Shown: positions 8,831 through 19,633 of the stretch, in pieces
Layout: each line of letters starts with the position of its first letter
Position numbering within the stretch: position 1 is the first letter of the stretch
Virus record (IMG/VR): IMGVR_UViG_3300025108_000034
Origin: an uncultured virus (IMG/VR IMGVR_UViG_3300025108_000034)
Taxonomy: Duplodnaviria > Heunggongvirae > Uroviricota > Caudoviricetes
DNA length: 64,000 nt
Strand: one strand, 5' to 3'
The notes under the pieces: model-generated
Seen by the model: only the letters and a program-made list of their open reading frames with translations
What the model was told of the DNA's origin: nothing
Databases searched by the model: none
Translations under genes and position numbers: made by a program

Positions 8831-11647
8831 GTGGCTGAAAATTTAGTATTTAACCTTGACGTCGACAATAGTAAGGCTGTAGAAGCTGTAAATAACTTTT
8901 TTGAAAGTTTCGATAAAGGTTCGCTGCAAGCGAAGTCAAAATTAAATGCGGCTTTTAACCAGAAACTTGAAACTCAAGTTAAGGTAGAATTTAAAAATGG
9001 CAAACTCGTAACAAAAGAAATACAGAAGATCAGACAAGAATCAAACAGGCTAGGTGAGATACATAAAGCCGTGAATGGCGAGTTGGGCAAAACTCCAAAT
9101 CAACTTAAAAAACAAAGTCAAATTCTTAAAGCACTTTTAGGTGATACTCAAAAGTTCAAGAATGGAACAAAACAAGTTACGGAAGAATTTAAGACTTTAA
9201 CGGCCAGGATCAAGAAAGTTGGCAAGGAGATGGAAAAGGTTGGACAGTCTTCTGGAGTGATTGACAAGATTGGTGCCAGGTTTGCTCTTATTCAGACTGC
9301 CGCAAATTTGGCTACTACCGGCGTCTTGAAGATCGTTCAAGGTATTGGTCAGTTTGCGGCGTCAGCCGTGGAAATGGAGACATTGACTCTTCAGTTAGAA
9401 GGTTTTACGGGAGGCGCAAAACAAGCCGACGCAGCATTTGCTCAATTCATTGAGATCGCAGCAGCTAGCCCGTTTGACCTTAAGCAGGTAGCCAATGCAG
9501 CCAAGATCATGATGGCTTTCGGTATGTCGACTGAAGAAGCCGTACAGGCAACAGAGCAGCTGGCTGTTGTCTCAGCGGCTACTGGTGGAGATATTAATTT
9601 ACTGGGAAGAAACATGGGGCAAATTGTGGCTCAGGGTCGAGCTTATACTCGTGACTTGACTCAATTTGCTATCCAGGGTGTTCCTATCTGGGACTCACTT
9701 GCTGACGTAACAGGAAAAAGTGTTGTAGCACTCAAGGAGATGGCTGCAGAAGGAAAAATAACTGGAACAGAAGTTACAGCTGCCCTTAAAAGCATGACAG
9801 CAGAAGGCACAAGCTTTCGTGAAATTGCCGACAGAATGCAAGAGACTTTTGCTGGTCGTTTAGCCAAAATTGCTGCTTCTTTCCAAGCTCTGGCCAAAGA
9901 AATTATCGATGCTTTTAACGAAATAGATGATTCTATGGGTGGAGCTCTTTCGGAACCTATGGAGGCTTTTTCAGAATTAATATTCGATCTGAGTGATGGA
10001 ATAAAAAAAATGGCTAAAGATATAACTGACAATATGGTTGTGATCAAAGGAGCCATAGAAGGGGCTGCATTAGCTTTGGGAGGGCTTATTACGGCCACAG
10101 GAATATATTATGGCCTTCAGAATGCGGGCGCGATTTTGGCAATCGTAAAAGCTCTTGGCGGGATTAGGCATGTAATGAAGCTAATAACAATGCAAACTTG
10201 GTTTGCTGTTAAGGCTAAAGCGGCCCTATTGGGGCTTAGCGGCCCGAAGGGCTGGGCCATCCTGGCGGTAGGAGTAGGCGCGGCAGCTGGAGCGATGGCT
10301 GCGCTCAAGGCTAAGACGGACGAGGAAACAGCGGCGGCAAAAGAACTAGAGGGAAGCGTTGATGGAGTAAAGGAAGGCTTCGAAGAGGCTAACGAAGCAG
10401 CCTCTCAGGGCGGCATGAAAGAGGCCTTGAAAGCGTCTCGAGATGCAGCTCAAGGCGCTAAAGAGGCTCTTGATCAAGGTGTCGAAACTCTAAAAAGCCA
10501 AAAGGAAGCTATCAAGGAGCGATATGAAAAGGAAAGGACAGAGATCCAATCAACCAGGGAAAAAGTAAAAGAAAGGATGGATGGCGAAAAGGCTGCCTAC
10601 GATACAGCCGTAGCTAATGTGAACGCACGCTACGACGCCGAGGATTCTCGCCTTAACAGTATTCTCGCAAAAGTAAGAGAACGTTATGACTTAGAGATTG
10701 GACAGCTAAGTCAGAGAGGGCCCGCCGAGCAACAACTTTATAACTTTCAAAAACAACAGCTTGCGCAAAAAATAAGTAGTGGGAAGCTTGATAACGAAGC
10801 GTTGCTAAGTGCTAGAGCGCGTTTAGAAAGAATGAATAGGCAAGAACAGATTGAGCGATTAAGGATCGAAAAGAAAAAAGAGGAGAGCGTAATAATGGAT
10901 CGACAGAAGAGACTAGAGAAGGACAGAGAAGATATTTTAACTAGGACAAAAAAAATGCATGAGGACATGATGGCAAAGCTTCAAGAAGATTACGACAGCC
11001 TGTCGAAAAAATTAAAGAGAAACAAAAAGGAACAGGCCGAAGTAGTCGACGAGATAGACAACGCTATGAAGGGAGCTAAAAGGCTCGGGGTTACTGTAGA
11101 TATTACCAACTCGGCGGTTAGCACACAGATAAGCCTGGTAAACAATCTTGCAGACAGTTACGCCACTGCAGCAGAGCAGGCTGAAAGGCTAGCAAGGGCT
11201 GCGCAAAATGCATCCGCATTAGAGGGTGACGGAACGCAAGCATTTAATAATGCATTGAATAGCAGGTTTGCAGGAGGGCCTGTATCGGGCGGAAGCTCTT
11301 ACACTGTCAACGAATTAGGCAAAGAAGCATTTCTGTCCGCCAGTGGTCGGCTAAGCATGATCAACGCTCCTTCTTACGGGAAATGGAAAGCTCCTTCGTC
11401 AGGGACAGTCATCCCGGCTCACATGACAAGAAGGCTTAACGTGCCAAGTGGCGGCGTCAATTTAAACAAGGTTTCAAGCACGCCTAGCGGTGGAACAAGC
11501 ACGAACAGACTGATTTCCGCACTTCTGGGAGCTGTAGGCGGAGACACTGTTACTAACAATGTCACGATAGAGTCAGCTAATACTACACAAGCTGCCAGCG
11601 ACATAATGGTTCAACTGGCTAAACTCAAGAGACTTCGGTATAATTGA
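8831..11647 (+). CDS. Tape measure protein
   Basis: 938 aa, helical/coiled-coil; 'IAAASPFDL...' tape-measure domain and C-terminal 'RFAGGPV...YTVNELGKEAF'. Confidence 0.92.
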   Translation: MAENLVFNLDVDNSKAVEAVNNFFESFDKGSLQAKSKLNAAFNQKLETQVKVEFKNGKLVTKEIQKIRQESNRLGEIHKAVNGELGKTPNQLKKQSQILKALLGDTQKFKNGTKQVTEEFKTLTARIKKVGKEMEKVGQSSGVIDKIGARFALIQTAANLATTGVLKIVQGIGQFAASAVEMETLTLQLEGFTGGAKQADAAFAQFIEIAAASPFDLKQVANAAKIMMAFGMSTEEAVQATEQLAVVSAATGGDINLLGRNMGQIVAQGRAYTRDLTQFAIQGVPIWDSLADVTGKSVVALKEMAAEGKITGTEVTAALKSMTAEGTSFREIADRMQETFAGRLAKIAASFQALAKEIIDAFNEIDDSMGGALSEPMEAFSELIFDLSDGIKKMAKDITDNMVVIKGAIEGAALALGGLITATGIYYGLQNAGAILAIVKALGGIRHVMKLITMQTWFAVKAKAALLGLSGPKGWAILAVGVGAAAGAMAALKAKTDEETAAAKELEGSVDGVKEGFEEANEAASQGGMKEALKASRDAAQGAKEALDQGVETLKSQKEAIKERYEKERTEIQSTREKVKERMDGEKAAYDTAVANVNARYDAEDSRLNSILAKVRERYDLEIGQLSQRGPAEQQLYNFQKQQLAQKISSGKLDNEALLSARARLERMNRQEQIERLRIEKKKEESVIMDRQKRLEKDREDILTRTKKMHEDMMAKLQEDYDSLSKKLKRNKKEQAEVVDEIDNAMKGAKRLGVTVDITNSAVSTQISLVNNLADSYATAAEQAERLARAAQNASALEGDGTQAFNNALNSRFAGGPVSGGSSYTVNELGKEAFLSASGRLSMINAPSYGKWKAPSSGTVIPAHMTRRLNVPSGGVNLNKVSSTPSGGTSTNRLISALLGAVGGDTVTNNVTIESANTTQAASDIMVQLAKLKRLRYN

Positions 11648-11664
11648 TCAGACAGGGACCTTTT

Positions 11665-12021
11665 ATGTTTGACTTTGGCAAGCCAGAAGACACTGCTACT
11701 CTATTTCGTGAAAGTGCTCTCAGGATGAAAGGCCCTGCCTTGCCGGACTGTTCCTTGAATGAAATGGAAGAGCAAGACTTGCGAAATACATTGACTTATC
11801 TGTATTCAGCCGTCAGGAACGCCCTTGAAGAGGGTATTGAAGAGGAAGCCCTTGAAATACTCGTAGCAGAGTACGACGAGGTCTTCGTGGCTCTAGCAGA
11901 GGCCTCTGACAGGTTTAGGAGCATGGTAAAGAATGGCAAGCATCAGGTTGTCTTGGGCGTGACAAGAGAAAACGTTGACAAATATAGGAAGCTAGCTGGC
12001 GTCTGGAGTTCGGAATCCTAG
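11665..12021 (+). CDS. Hypothetical acidic protein between tape measure and tail-tip genes
   Basis: TATAAT at about 11639 upstream; probable start MFDFGKP. Confidence 0.55.
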   Translation: MFDFGKPEDTATLFRESALRMKGPALPDCSLNEMEEQDLRNTLTYLYSAVRNALEEGIEEEALEILVAEYDEVFVALAEASDRFRSMVKNGKHQVVLGVTRENVDKYRKLAGVWSSES

Positions 12022-12040
12022 CACCAGCTAGGCCCCTGAG

Positions 12041-12442
12041 ATGTCGCAGATCGGAGTATCGTACACGCCATCGGGTGGGACGCCCGTTTATAGCTTTACT
12101 TTTGAGAATTTTACAGACAATGCGTTGCCAAGGACCTATCAAGCAAACGCTTCTTTTAGCCAGTCTGCGAATGGAACATCTATAATTTCAGGTCCGGCAT
12201 ACAGACAGAAATACATTTGGGCTATTTCTGCCCTAGTCCCTACGGCTGAAGCTACCTCATTCGATACTATGTTCCAAGCTTGGGACACAGACCGCTCCAA
12301 TGGGTTAGCGGCGGCCTGTGGGGTCACTGATGAGACTTTCGGTTCAACTGTTAGCAGTAGCGCTGTTTTCTCAACTCCACCTTCTTATCTAAGGATGGGT
12401 CCCGGATTCACTTTGGTCGCTTTCGGATTAACGGAGGTTTGA
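12041..12442 (+). CDS. Putative distal tail (Dit-like) protein
   Basis: 133 aa beta-rich protein following the tape measure gene; late motif at 12012. Confidence 0.55.
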   Translation: MSQIGVSYTPSGGTPVYSFTFENFTDNALPRTYQANASFSQSANGTSIISGPAYRQKYIWAISALVPTAEATSFDTMFQAWDTDRSNGLAAACGVTDETFGSTVSSSAVFSTPPSYLRMGPGFTLVAFGLTEV

Positions 12443-12443
12443 T

Positions 12444-14714
12444 ATGTCATTTTTAGCTAATAACACTAGAGTATCTTCCTTAACTATTAATGGAGTTGAT
12501 TATACTTCAGCGTTCTTAGAGTGGCAGGTATCTGATCTGAGCGCCTATAAAAACGGATGTATTCAGACGACTGGCAGATTGACATTAGGAACTTATCGCG
12601 GAGGTCCGATCATTGAGGATTATGATCGGGATAATTTTCGCAGAGGTGTTCCAGTTGTCTTAGACCTAGTAGAGCCAGGAGGTTCTACTTATAGGCATCC
12701 GCGTGGATACTTGCACGTTATTTCAGTTAATTATGACGTAGAATCAGAACAGCTTCAGGTCGAGCTCGGATGTCGCCTTGTTCTAATGGCATTGACGGAA
12801 AGGATTGATGACTTGCTGTCAATTGTTCCTATACCTTTAGATGTCGCTCAGGAAACTTATCCGAATTGTTCAGCGGCCTTCGCTTCTGCCGGTAAATACG
12901 TTTATCAGACAAACACTGGAACGCTGGCTATTGGGACTCTCTTTGATGGTGATAGCTATAACAGCTTCGCGAGTGGAGAGTGGATATCCGTTCTTGGCGT
13001 CACAACAGAAAGCGTCGCTCCTCTAGCTGGAACAGAAGCGATACCAGATGAGATTAAACTTTCATATCAAGTTCCAGAAGGGTTGGCGAACACAGATAAC
13101 AGAGGACAAGTAGATACTGTTGAGGAGACGTCTTATTACTTTGTTCGATATCCTGCCACTATATATGTTCGGAAAAACAGTGATGCTACTTCTGCGAACC
13201 CGAATGGAACTCTTGGCAATATTACTACAGTAGCCACTGGCTCGGCAACTGGCAGCGGTGATAACGCTTGTGGAAACAGTCCTGACCAGCCTGCAGACAA
13301 CGGAAGTGACGGGACTACTAACGACTCTTGCAACGACGGATATCGATTAACGCAAGAGTCTCTCTATCTTCCTGCGACAAGAACAACAACCACTGTGACT
13401 ACTTACGATGCTCCAGGAGCTCAAGTCTCTAAAGTACAGTCCGAGTTGAGGGGCCCTGCTGTTGAAGCGAACAATCAGTATTTCGCTGACAAGTTTGCTT
13501 ATTGTCGAAGTGTCTGGGCTACTGCTTGTCAGCCAAACGCTAGCTGTCCATATGAAGGGATGAACGAAATATTACTGGGTTACCAAAGTGTCAATAATTA
13601 CTATGGAGAAGCTAACGAGTTAGTCAAAACTGTTTTAGAGCAGTGGGTTCCAACTCTTTCGGCAGCACAGCCCAGTAACTGGAGGTCTGGGGTTAGTAAT
13701 GGAGTTCCCCAAGATTTCAATCAAAATGTTAGCCTTACTGATATGTACAGAGACAGTAGGGTCGAAACGACTTATTATCGTGAGAACAATGTTAATGTTC
13801 AAAAAGTAGAGACTTATAGAAGCATCGCCTCTAGAGGGTCTGGCATATCAACTTCGATAGATGCACTTCAGGGAATAAAGACCACAAACATCAGAAAGTC
13901 ATCATCAAACACCACCGTTGACTCGGCTCCTGACAGGGTCAATGGAGCGACAACAAGTTTAAAAGAAAAAGAAGCTTCTTTGCCACTTTTTTCAGGAAGA
14001 TACAGGACTCCTCCTACTGAATCTGGTCCTTACATTTTAAAAGAGCAAATTCCAATCCCTCTCCTTTTGGGCTCTGACACTGAGATCAGTGCAGCGTTAG
14101 CTACATATGAAAACTATATCGAAAGATGCGTTAAAGGAGATGCTTTTGGATTGCAGCTGGGCGAATCTCTTAGATCTGAGATAGTAACAAACTGGAGGCC
14201 GGGAATGCCTTTTCGTTACTGCGATCCCTCTAAGAACAAGATCGTAGCAATGCGCATGGATGCTACAACTTGGGGGGTTAGCAGAGATGAATCTGCTTTT
14301 GTTACGAACGGTTTGTGGATAGGCTTCTCTAACGGAACATTAACGATTCCCAGTAACCTTGTTGGGGACTCGCGGCCAGACATGGGCAGTGGTACTCAGC
14401 CACCGGTTGCGCCAGTCTCTTCAGCGATAGTCAATGAAACATCCATTGACAGCGGAAGCTTTTCTTGGAATGTTGATGTTGAGCTTCAATTCAGTTGTGA
14501 GTTGAAGGCTTATGGGAATGATGGAATTGTTCCTGTCATACCTTTAGACCTTTCTTACAATGCATACGCCACCATGACCTGTTTTGCAGAGGGAGCTGTT
14601 GTAGCAGCTGGAGATCTTCTTGCGACAGACGGAACAGGTAGTGTTCCCTTGGAATATGCTGGAAGCCTTGTCGTAACAGACGCTACGGTAGTAGATGCTG
14701 ACTTGTTTAGTTGA
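12444..14714 (+). CDS. Putative tail tip/hub protein
   Basis: 756 aa, follows the Dit-like gene. Confidence 0.6.
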   Translation: MSFLANNTRVSSLTINGVDYTSAFLEWQVSDLSAYKNGCIQTTGRLTLGTYRGGPIIEDYDRDNFRRGVPVVLDLVEPGGSTYRHPRGYLHVISVNYDVESEQLQVELGCRLVLMALTERIDDLLSIVPIPLDVAQETYPNCSAAFASAGKYVYQTNTGTLAIGTLFDGDSYNSFASGEWISVLGVTTESVAPLAGTEAIPDEIKLSYQVPEGLANTDNRGQVDTVEETSYYFVRYPATIYVRKNSDATSANPNGTLGNITTVATGSATGSGDNACGNSPDQPADNGSDGTTNDSCNDGYRLTQESLYLPATRTTTTVTTYDAPGAQVSKVQSELRGPAVEANNQYFADKFAYCRSVWATACQPNASCPYEGMNEILLGYQSVNNYYGEANELVKTVLEQWVPTLSAAQPSNWRSGVSNGVPQDFNQNVSLTDMYRDSRVETTYYRENNVNVQKVETYRSIASRGSGISTSIDALQGIKTTNIRKSSSNTTVDSAPDRVNGATTSLKEKEASLPLFSGRYRTPPTESGPYILKEQIPIPLLLGSDTEISAALATYENYIERCVKGDAFGLQLGESLRSEIVTNWRPGMPFRYCDPSKNKIVAMRMDATTWGVSRDESAFVTNGLWIGFSNGTLTIPSNLVGDSRPDMGSGTQPPVAPVSSAIVNETSIDSGSFSWNVDVELQFSCELKAYGNDGIVPVIPLDLSYNAYATMTCFAEGAVVAAGDLLATDGTGSVPLEYAGSLVVTDATVVDADLFS

Positions 14715-14746
14715 TAGGAATCCTACATCGATTCTACTGATGTGCC

Positions 14747-15484
14747 ATGGCAATCGCGGCTAAGATATCAAGCACTGAACTCACGGCTCAGGTTACTGAT
14801 CGATTTTCAGGCAAATACCTAGAGGCTCGCTTGATTGATGCCAGCGGCACTACTTACGAGCCAGGGATCACAGTTGACGCAACCTTCTTGGGTTTCGAGG
14901 TAACGGCTGGCACTGGTGGATATAAACGTAAGGTTATAAATTACATCCCAAGCGATGTTAGTAACTATTCTGATGACGGAGTAGGACTGACGACAAAGGC
15001 TACTATTTTTGCTCATGATGGAGGTAGTACAAGTATTGACTTTTCTCATGCGGCACTCGTGTGGAGCCTTGGCAACGTTCTAACCCTTGGGTCTGTTGGA
15101 ACTGCTCCTTCTGCTGGAGTCGACGGCACTTATACGAATATACCCATTGACACAACTGACAACTCTGGGATTGGGCTGACTGTAGACTTGACGATTACGA
15201 ATAGTGGTGCAAGTGCTTCTGATTACGCATTGACAGTGAATTATCCCGGATACAATTATGCAGCCGCTGATGTCCTGACTATATTAGAGGGCACCTTGAG
15301 CGGACTCGGAGCAGTCGTAGCAGGAGCAGGCAATCTTGCCCTTACCGTTGCGACTGCCAACACTCCCACCAACGCCGGAAATATTCTCGCCGTAGCGCAA
15401 ACATCTTCTGACGTTGTTCTTACAGCTGGAAACGAAGCTGTCTTTTACTGGAATTTAAAACAATTCGGATATTACTCTGTGTAA
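14747..15484 (+). CDS. Tail structural protein
   Basis: T/G/A-rich; late motif at 14717. Confidence 0.6.
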   Translation: MAIAAKISSTELTAQVTDRFSGKYLEARLIDASGTTYEPGITVDATFLGFEVTAGTGGYKRKVINYIPSDVSNYSDDGVGLTTKATIFAHDGGSTSIDFSHAALVWSLGNVLTLGSVGTAPSAGVDGTYTNIPIDTTDNSGIGLTVDLTITNSGASASDYALTVNYPGYNYAAADVLTILEGTLSGLGAVVAGAGNLALTVATANTPTNAGNILAVAQTSSDVVLTAGNEAVFYWNLKQFGYYSV

Positions 15485-15486
15485 TA

Positions 15487-15750
15487 ATGGCACTACTCGA
15501 TTCTCTAAAACAAACCAATCTGGCCAGCAGGATGGCGGAACTTGAGTTCCGCGCTTCTGACATCACGATTGTCGGTGATTTTCTTGGTAGTGTGACCGGT
15601 TTTTGGTTAAAGCTGGGTGACAGAGGAGAAGGATTGGTATTGTATAACAATAAAACTTACATTACGAAGCCTATCGGATTCACATCAGTTCCTAGAGGGA
15701 CAGAGGTTGAGCTTAGCTATGCTAACGGTATTTACTACAGCAAATTTTAA
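15487..15750 (+). CDS. Small tail-associated protein
   Basis: Tightly coupled ORF in the tail operon. Confidence 0.55.
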   Translation: MALLDSLKQTNLASRMAELEFRASDITIVGDFLGSVTGFWLKLGDRGEGLVLYNNKTYITKPIGFTSVPRGTEVELSYANGIYYSKF

Positions 15751-15752
15751 TT

Positions 15753-15965
15753 ATGGCAATCAATCGACTATCAATATCATCACAGTCAATCAAGACCAAC
15801 ACAGAGGCTGTTATAGAGGTTCTTTACACAGAGCCTCCGGCTGCAGATGAACTCCTTAGTCCAGCTCAAACGCCGGGCAAACTTGTAGCCTACTACAATG
15901 GCAGCAATGATACGACGAAGCTTTATATCGTAAGCCGTTCTGGACTTCGAATGCTTCCAATGTAA
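15753..15965 (+). CDS. Small tail-associated protein
   Basis: Tightly coupled ORF; starts MAIN like the next gene. Confidence 0.55.
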   Translation: MAINRLSISSQSIKTNTEAVIEVLYTEPPAADELLSPAQTPGKLVAYYNGSNDTTKLYIVSRSGLRMLPM

Positions 15966-16306
15966 TGGCCATAAACAACCCTATAATTGCAGCTAATTCT
16001 ACGGTCTCAAGGGCCGAGGTAAAAACAGTTATTGGCTTACTATCGCCTGTTGCGCCTCCCGAACCTTTTACCACTGTCGTAGATGGGACTATCACGACAG
16101 TAACATTTGAAGGTGCGGTAGAAGGACAAATGGTTTTTGTGTTATCAGGTGATCAGCTTTACACAACTCCCTATGTATTCGTCAATACAACTAGTGGGAC
16201 TGGCGTTGATACTCTTGAATGGAAGAGAGTGTTTACATCAGGAGTAATTGAAGACCCAAGGACAGGACAGCCTAAAGATTCCCTGTCTGGTTTCTATACA
16301 AACTAG
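15965..16306 (+). CDS. Small tail-associated protein
   Basis: TAATG stop/start overlap. Confidence 0.55.
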   Translation: MAINNPIIAANSTVSRAEVKTVIGLLSPVAPPEPFTTVVDGTITTVTFEGAVEGQMVFVLSGDQLYTTPYVFVNTTSGTGVDTLEWKRVFTSGVIEDPRTGQPKDSLSGFYTN

Positions 16307-16333
16307 GTATACTATCGCAGTTCAGGATTCGAA

Positions 16334-18067
16334 ATGTCGGATTCTTTTTATAGCAAAAGTAATAATAACAAACGTCAAGATGCTGCTTGGGATTTTATAA
16401 ATGGTGGCAACGTAGGTAATCGGCTTCAGATAGTAGGATCCAATCATCAGGGCTGCATAGATAGCAGTGACTGTGGATCGGGGTGGCGATGTAGCGGCGG
16501 AATCTGTCGGCAGAAAGGCGCTAGCGCTGGCTCTCGTAGTTATGGAGACGATACGGGTTGCGGAACCGGTAGCAGCGGAGGTAGTTCTGGAGGGGGTGGA
16601 GGGCTTTGTGGGACTGGAACGGATCAATATATTTTTACAGGAGAAGAAGAGTTTATTGAATTTTACAACGAGCTCACAGTAGATCAAAATGATCCTTCCT
16701 CTGGACAAGTAAGAGCCGGAGATGTTGTCAAGCGCGAGCTTTTGAAAAAGGCTGAGGGCAATTCCGGATGGGGACTCTGGGGAGTATCTCTTAACGGCAA
16801 ATGCTTGAAGACTGGATGCGGAGGTTATGGAAAAATCGGAAACAACGATCCTGATATTTGTTGTGGTCAGGGGCGCTGTTGCAGGTTCGGGGGAGGAGGA
16901 TTTGTTCAATGTTTTTGCGGAGACTGTCCTCCTCCTCCTGGCGATTGCAACAAATGGTGTGCTGATTATTTATCTGCTAATGGTGAACTAGGCGCAGGGT
17001 GCCATGACGGAAACAGTTGTAGTGAATGTGAAGATTGTCGCGAGGGTGACAACGGAGCATACAATTGTAAAAAATCATATGATGCTCCTTGTCATTGCGA
17101 AGGAAATCGATGCCATCTAAAGTGTGACGTATGTGGTGACGACGGAGTTTGTAGAGATGACTGCAGTTCGTGTCAGACTTGTTACACAACATTTGCACCT
17201 TGCGATTGTGGCACTATTAAGGTAGTATGCTGCTATTCTGCGTGTGATCAAACAAAAGGATTTACCGAATGTCGCGATAGCGTAGATTGTGCCAAGGAAT
17301 GTGGAACTCCGCCAGGAGCTGATCCTTGTGAAGGGAAATGTACAGGCGTTACTTGGTGCGAAGGTGATCAGCCAGAGCCGCCTTGTCCAGCTAAAAGTAC
17401 TTGTACGGGTAATGGATTTATCACGGCAGGAGGCAAGACCTGCCACATCAGGACAGACTGTGATAAGTCAGGTGTTCCTGATACCTGTGGATTCTGTGAT
17501 TGCAACTGCGACAACGATTGCCCCGATTGCCAGATCTGTAATGAAACTACAGGAAAGTGTGTTCCTGATCCAAAATGCAATAAATACTATCGCGCAATTT
17601 TGGTGCAATTGGTTTTGGAAGCCACCTCAAATCCATCGGCCATAGGTGGGTGCTCTATCGGGCCAATCACTAAAGGCAGTACCATACCTGGGCAATGGAG
17701 TGGAAATTTAGCGGACCCGAACGACCTTGGGCTGGCTTATCAATGGGTGAAAGCAGGATCTAATGGCCCTTGGAGTCAGTGTTCTTCGTATTATGCCGGT
17801 TGTGAGCCTGCTCTCGGCTGTTTTAACGACGCAGGCTACGATTTTTTTAATCCGCTCAGAAGAGATGGTAGCCCTATTGGAGGTAGGCACGGGCGGCAAA
17901 GATTCGAAGGAAGCTACAGCTATAGTAGACAACATGACAACTCAATAAGGACTACCGTACCTCTCGGAACTTTTCTCATTGTCGGGTATGGAGATACCTC
18001 CTCCGATGCAGCCGCTGACGCCAACGCGAAGTTGGTTGCATTTAAAGCAGCTGAGGGTCACACTTGA
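16334..18067 (+). CDS. Very cysteine-rich late protein
   Basis: 577 aa with dozens of Cys in CxxC/CxC/CC clusters; late motif at 16306. Confidence 0.75.
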   Translation: MSDSFYSKSNNNKRQDAAWDFINGGNVGNRLQIVGSNHQGCIDSSDCGSGWRCSGGICRQKGASAGSRSYGDDTGCGTGSSGGSSGGGGGLCGTGTDQYIFTGEEEFIEFYNELTVDQNDPSSGQVRAGDVVKRELLKKAEGNSGWGLWGVSLNGKCLKTGCGGYGKIGNNDPDICCGQGRCCRFGGGGFVQCFCGDCPPPPGDCNKWCADYLSANGELGAGCHDGNSCSECEDCREGDNGAYNCKKSYDAPCHCEGNRCHLKCDVCGDDGVCRDDCSSCQTCYTTFAPCDCGTIKVVCCYSACDQTKGFTECRDSVDCAKECGTPPGADPCEGKCTGVTWCEGDQPEPPCPAKSTCTGNGFITAGGKTCHIRTDCDKSGVPDTCGFCDCNCDNDCPDCQICNETTGKCVPDPKCNKYYRAILVQLVLEATSNPSAIGGCSIGPITKGSTIPGQWSGNLADPNDLGLAYQWVKAGSNGPWSQCSSYYAGCEPALGCFNDAGYDFFNPLRRDGSPIGGRHGRQRFEGSYSYSRQHDNSIRTTVPLGTFLIVGYGDTSSDAAADANAKLVAFKAAEGHT

Positions 18068-18126
18068 CGTAGTCAGGTAGCTAATGCCTGCATTTTTTGG
18101 AATCCTAGCCTAGTTTTAGTTCTGCT

Positions 18127-18408
18127 GTGGCTGTATTTCCTGATCGCATAGTACTAAAGAATTCCAGCGACGCTGCAGCTGATATTGTTTCAGCTATTGA
18201 AAACGGAGGAACTGACGAGATCACTCAGGGAGAGATCGTTTTAGGTCTTGAAGCTTCTGTTGTAAGCCTGTACACACTCGACTCTCTCGGAAATATTGTA
18301 ACAATTAGCGGTGGAGGAGGTTCTGGCGGATTGGTCTTTTGGGGTGGCGGTGACTTTACCACTGGAACATCTGATGGAGCCGTACCTGATGGTGGTGAAT
18401 TCACGTAG
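18127..18408 (+). CDS. Fibre adaptor (chain A, part 1)
   Basis: N-terminal 'IVLKNS...QGEI'; C-terminal GGGDFTTGTSD...DGGEFT. Confidence 0.6.
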   Translation: MAVFPDRIVLKNSSDAAADIVSAIENGGTDEITQGEIVLGLEASVVSLYTLDSLGNIVTISGGGGSGGLVFWGGGDFTTGTSDGAVPDGGEFT

Positions 18409-18441
18409 TCTTCGGCATTCTAGTCCAGGCAGAATCTTGTT

Positions 18442-19605
18442 ATGACAGTCCCTTCTTATCGCGTACCTGTACGAGTAGCTCGCGGTACGTTGTCTGCTCT
18501 GACGGCGGGATTAGCGAGTCTTGAAGAAGGTGAGCTGTGTTACGCGACAGACCTTGACGTATTATACATAATAGAAGGTGGAGCTCTTACCGCAACAGTA
18601 ACTCAAGTTAATTTAGTAAGTGATACAAGTCCTCAGCTTGGTGGTTCTTTAGACACTAATAGTTTTGAAATTATAACTACCAGTGCAGGCAACGTTCAAA
18701 TAGCACCTGACACTACAGGTGTTCTTGAACTAAGAGGGAACACTGGTAATGATGCGGCCATTCAGTTAAACTGCGAAGCAAATACTCACGGCGTTAAGAT
18801 TAAAGCGCCTCCTCATAGTGCTGGCGCAACATACACTCTTGTTCTTCCTGGCGATACTGGGTCAAGTGGACAAGCCCTTACTACAGACGGCAGTGGAGGC
18901 TTGTCGTGGGCAACTCCAAGCACGGTTGGCTCTATTGGTGATCTGTCCGATGTAGACACTACTACAAATCCGCCTACAGACGGGCAAGTTCTGACCTGGG
19001 TTAATGCGGATTCAGAGTGGCAACCGATCAATTCGGCTGGAGGTGGAGGTTACACTGATCCACTAACGACTAATGGCGATGTCGTAATAAGGTCTGGAGG
19101 ATCAACAATAAGGCTGGGCATCGGGAATGAGTCTCAAGTATTGACATGTTCTAGTGGGCTCCCTGTATGGGCTGACGCTACTGGTGGCGGTGGCGGTGGA
19201 TCTACAACTACTCGACTAACAGAGACTCAAACGGCTTCTTCTGGTGTAGCTACTTTTGTCGGGCTCGGACACTCTGGGACTATCTTAAAAGTTACATCAT
19301 CTTTAGACGCTTGGATTGTTCTTTACGGTTCTGCTGCAGAAAGAACATCAGACTCCAGTAGATCTTATTCTGCTGATCCTTCTACAGGTTCTGGTGTTTT
19401 GGCGGAATTTTATATTACTGCTGGGAGCACTTTAGTAGCGACTCCAAGTACTTCCTATTTTAATAATGACACTTCCGTTACTGAGGCTATTTACGCAGCG
19501 GTCAGGAGTCAGGCTGGGAATGATGTAAATTCAGCTATAGGCATTACAACCTATGGGAATCAAGCAATCACTTCTGTTTCTGGGGGGACCTTTGGCAGCG
19601 GCTAG
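18442..19605 (+). CDS. Tail fibre protein (chain A, part 2)
   Basis: 'VRVARG...LEEGELCYATD', 'DTSPQLGG', 'GQALTTDGSGGLSW' fibre motifs. Confidence 0.8.
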   Translation: MTVPSYRVPVRVARGTLSALTAGLASLEEGELCYATDLDVLYIIEGGALTATVTQVNLVSDTSPQLGGSLDTNSFEIITTSAGNVQIAPDTTGVLELRGNTGNDAAIQLNCEANTHGVKIKAPPHSAGATYTLVLPGDTGSSGQALTTDGSGGLSWATPSTVGSIGDLSDVDTTTNPPTDGQVLTWVNADSEWQPINSAGGGGYTDPLTTNGDVVIRSGGSTIRLGIGNESQVLTCSSGLPVWADATGGGGGGSTTTRLTETQTASSGVATFVGLGHSGTILKVTSSLDAWIVLYGSAAERTSDSSRSYSADPSTGSGVLAEFYITAGSTLVATPSTSYFNNDTSVTEAIYAAVRSQAGNDVNSAIGITTYGNQAITSVSGGTFGSG

Positions 19606-19633
19606 GAATACTAGCCCAGACTAAATTACTCGA

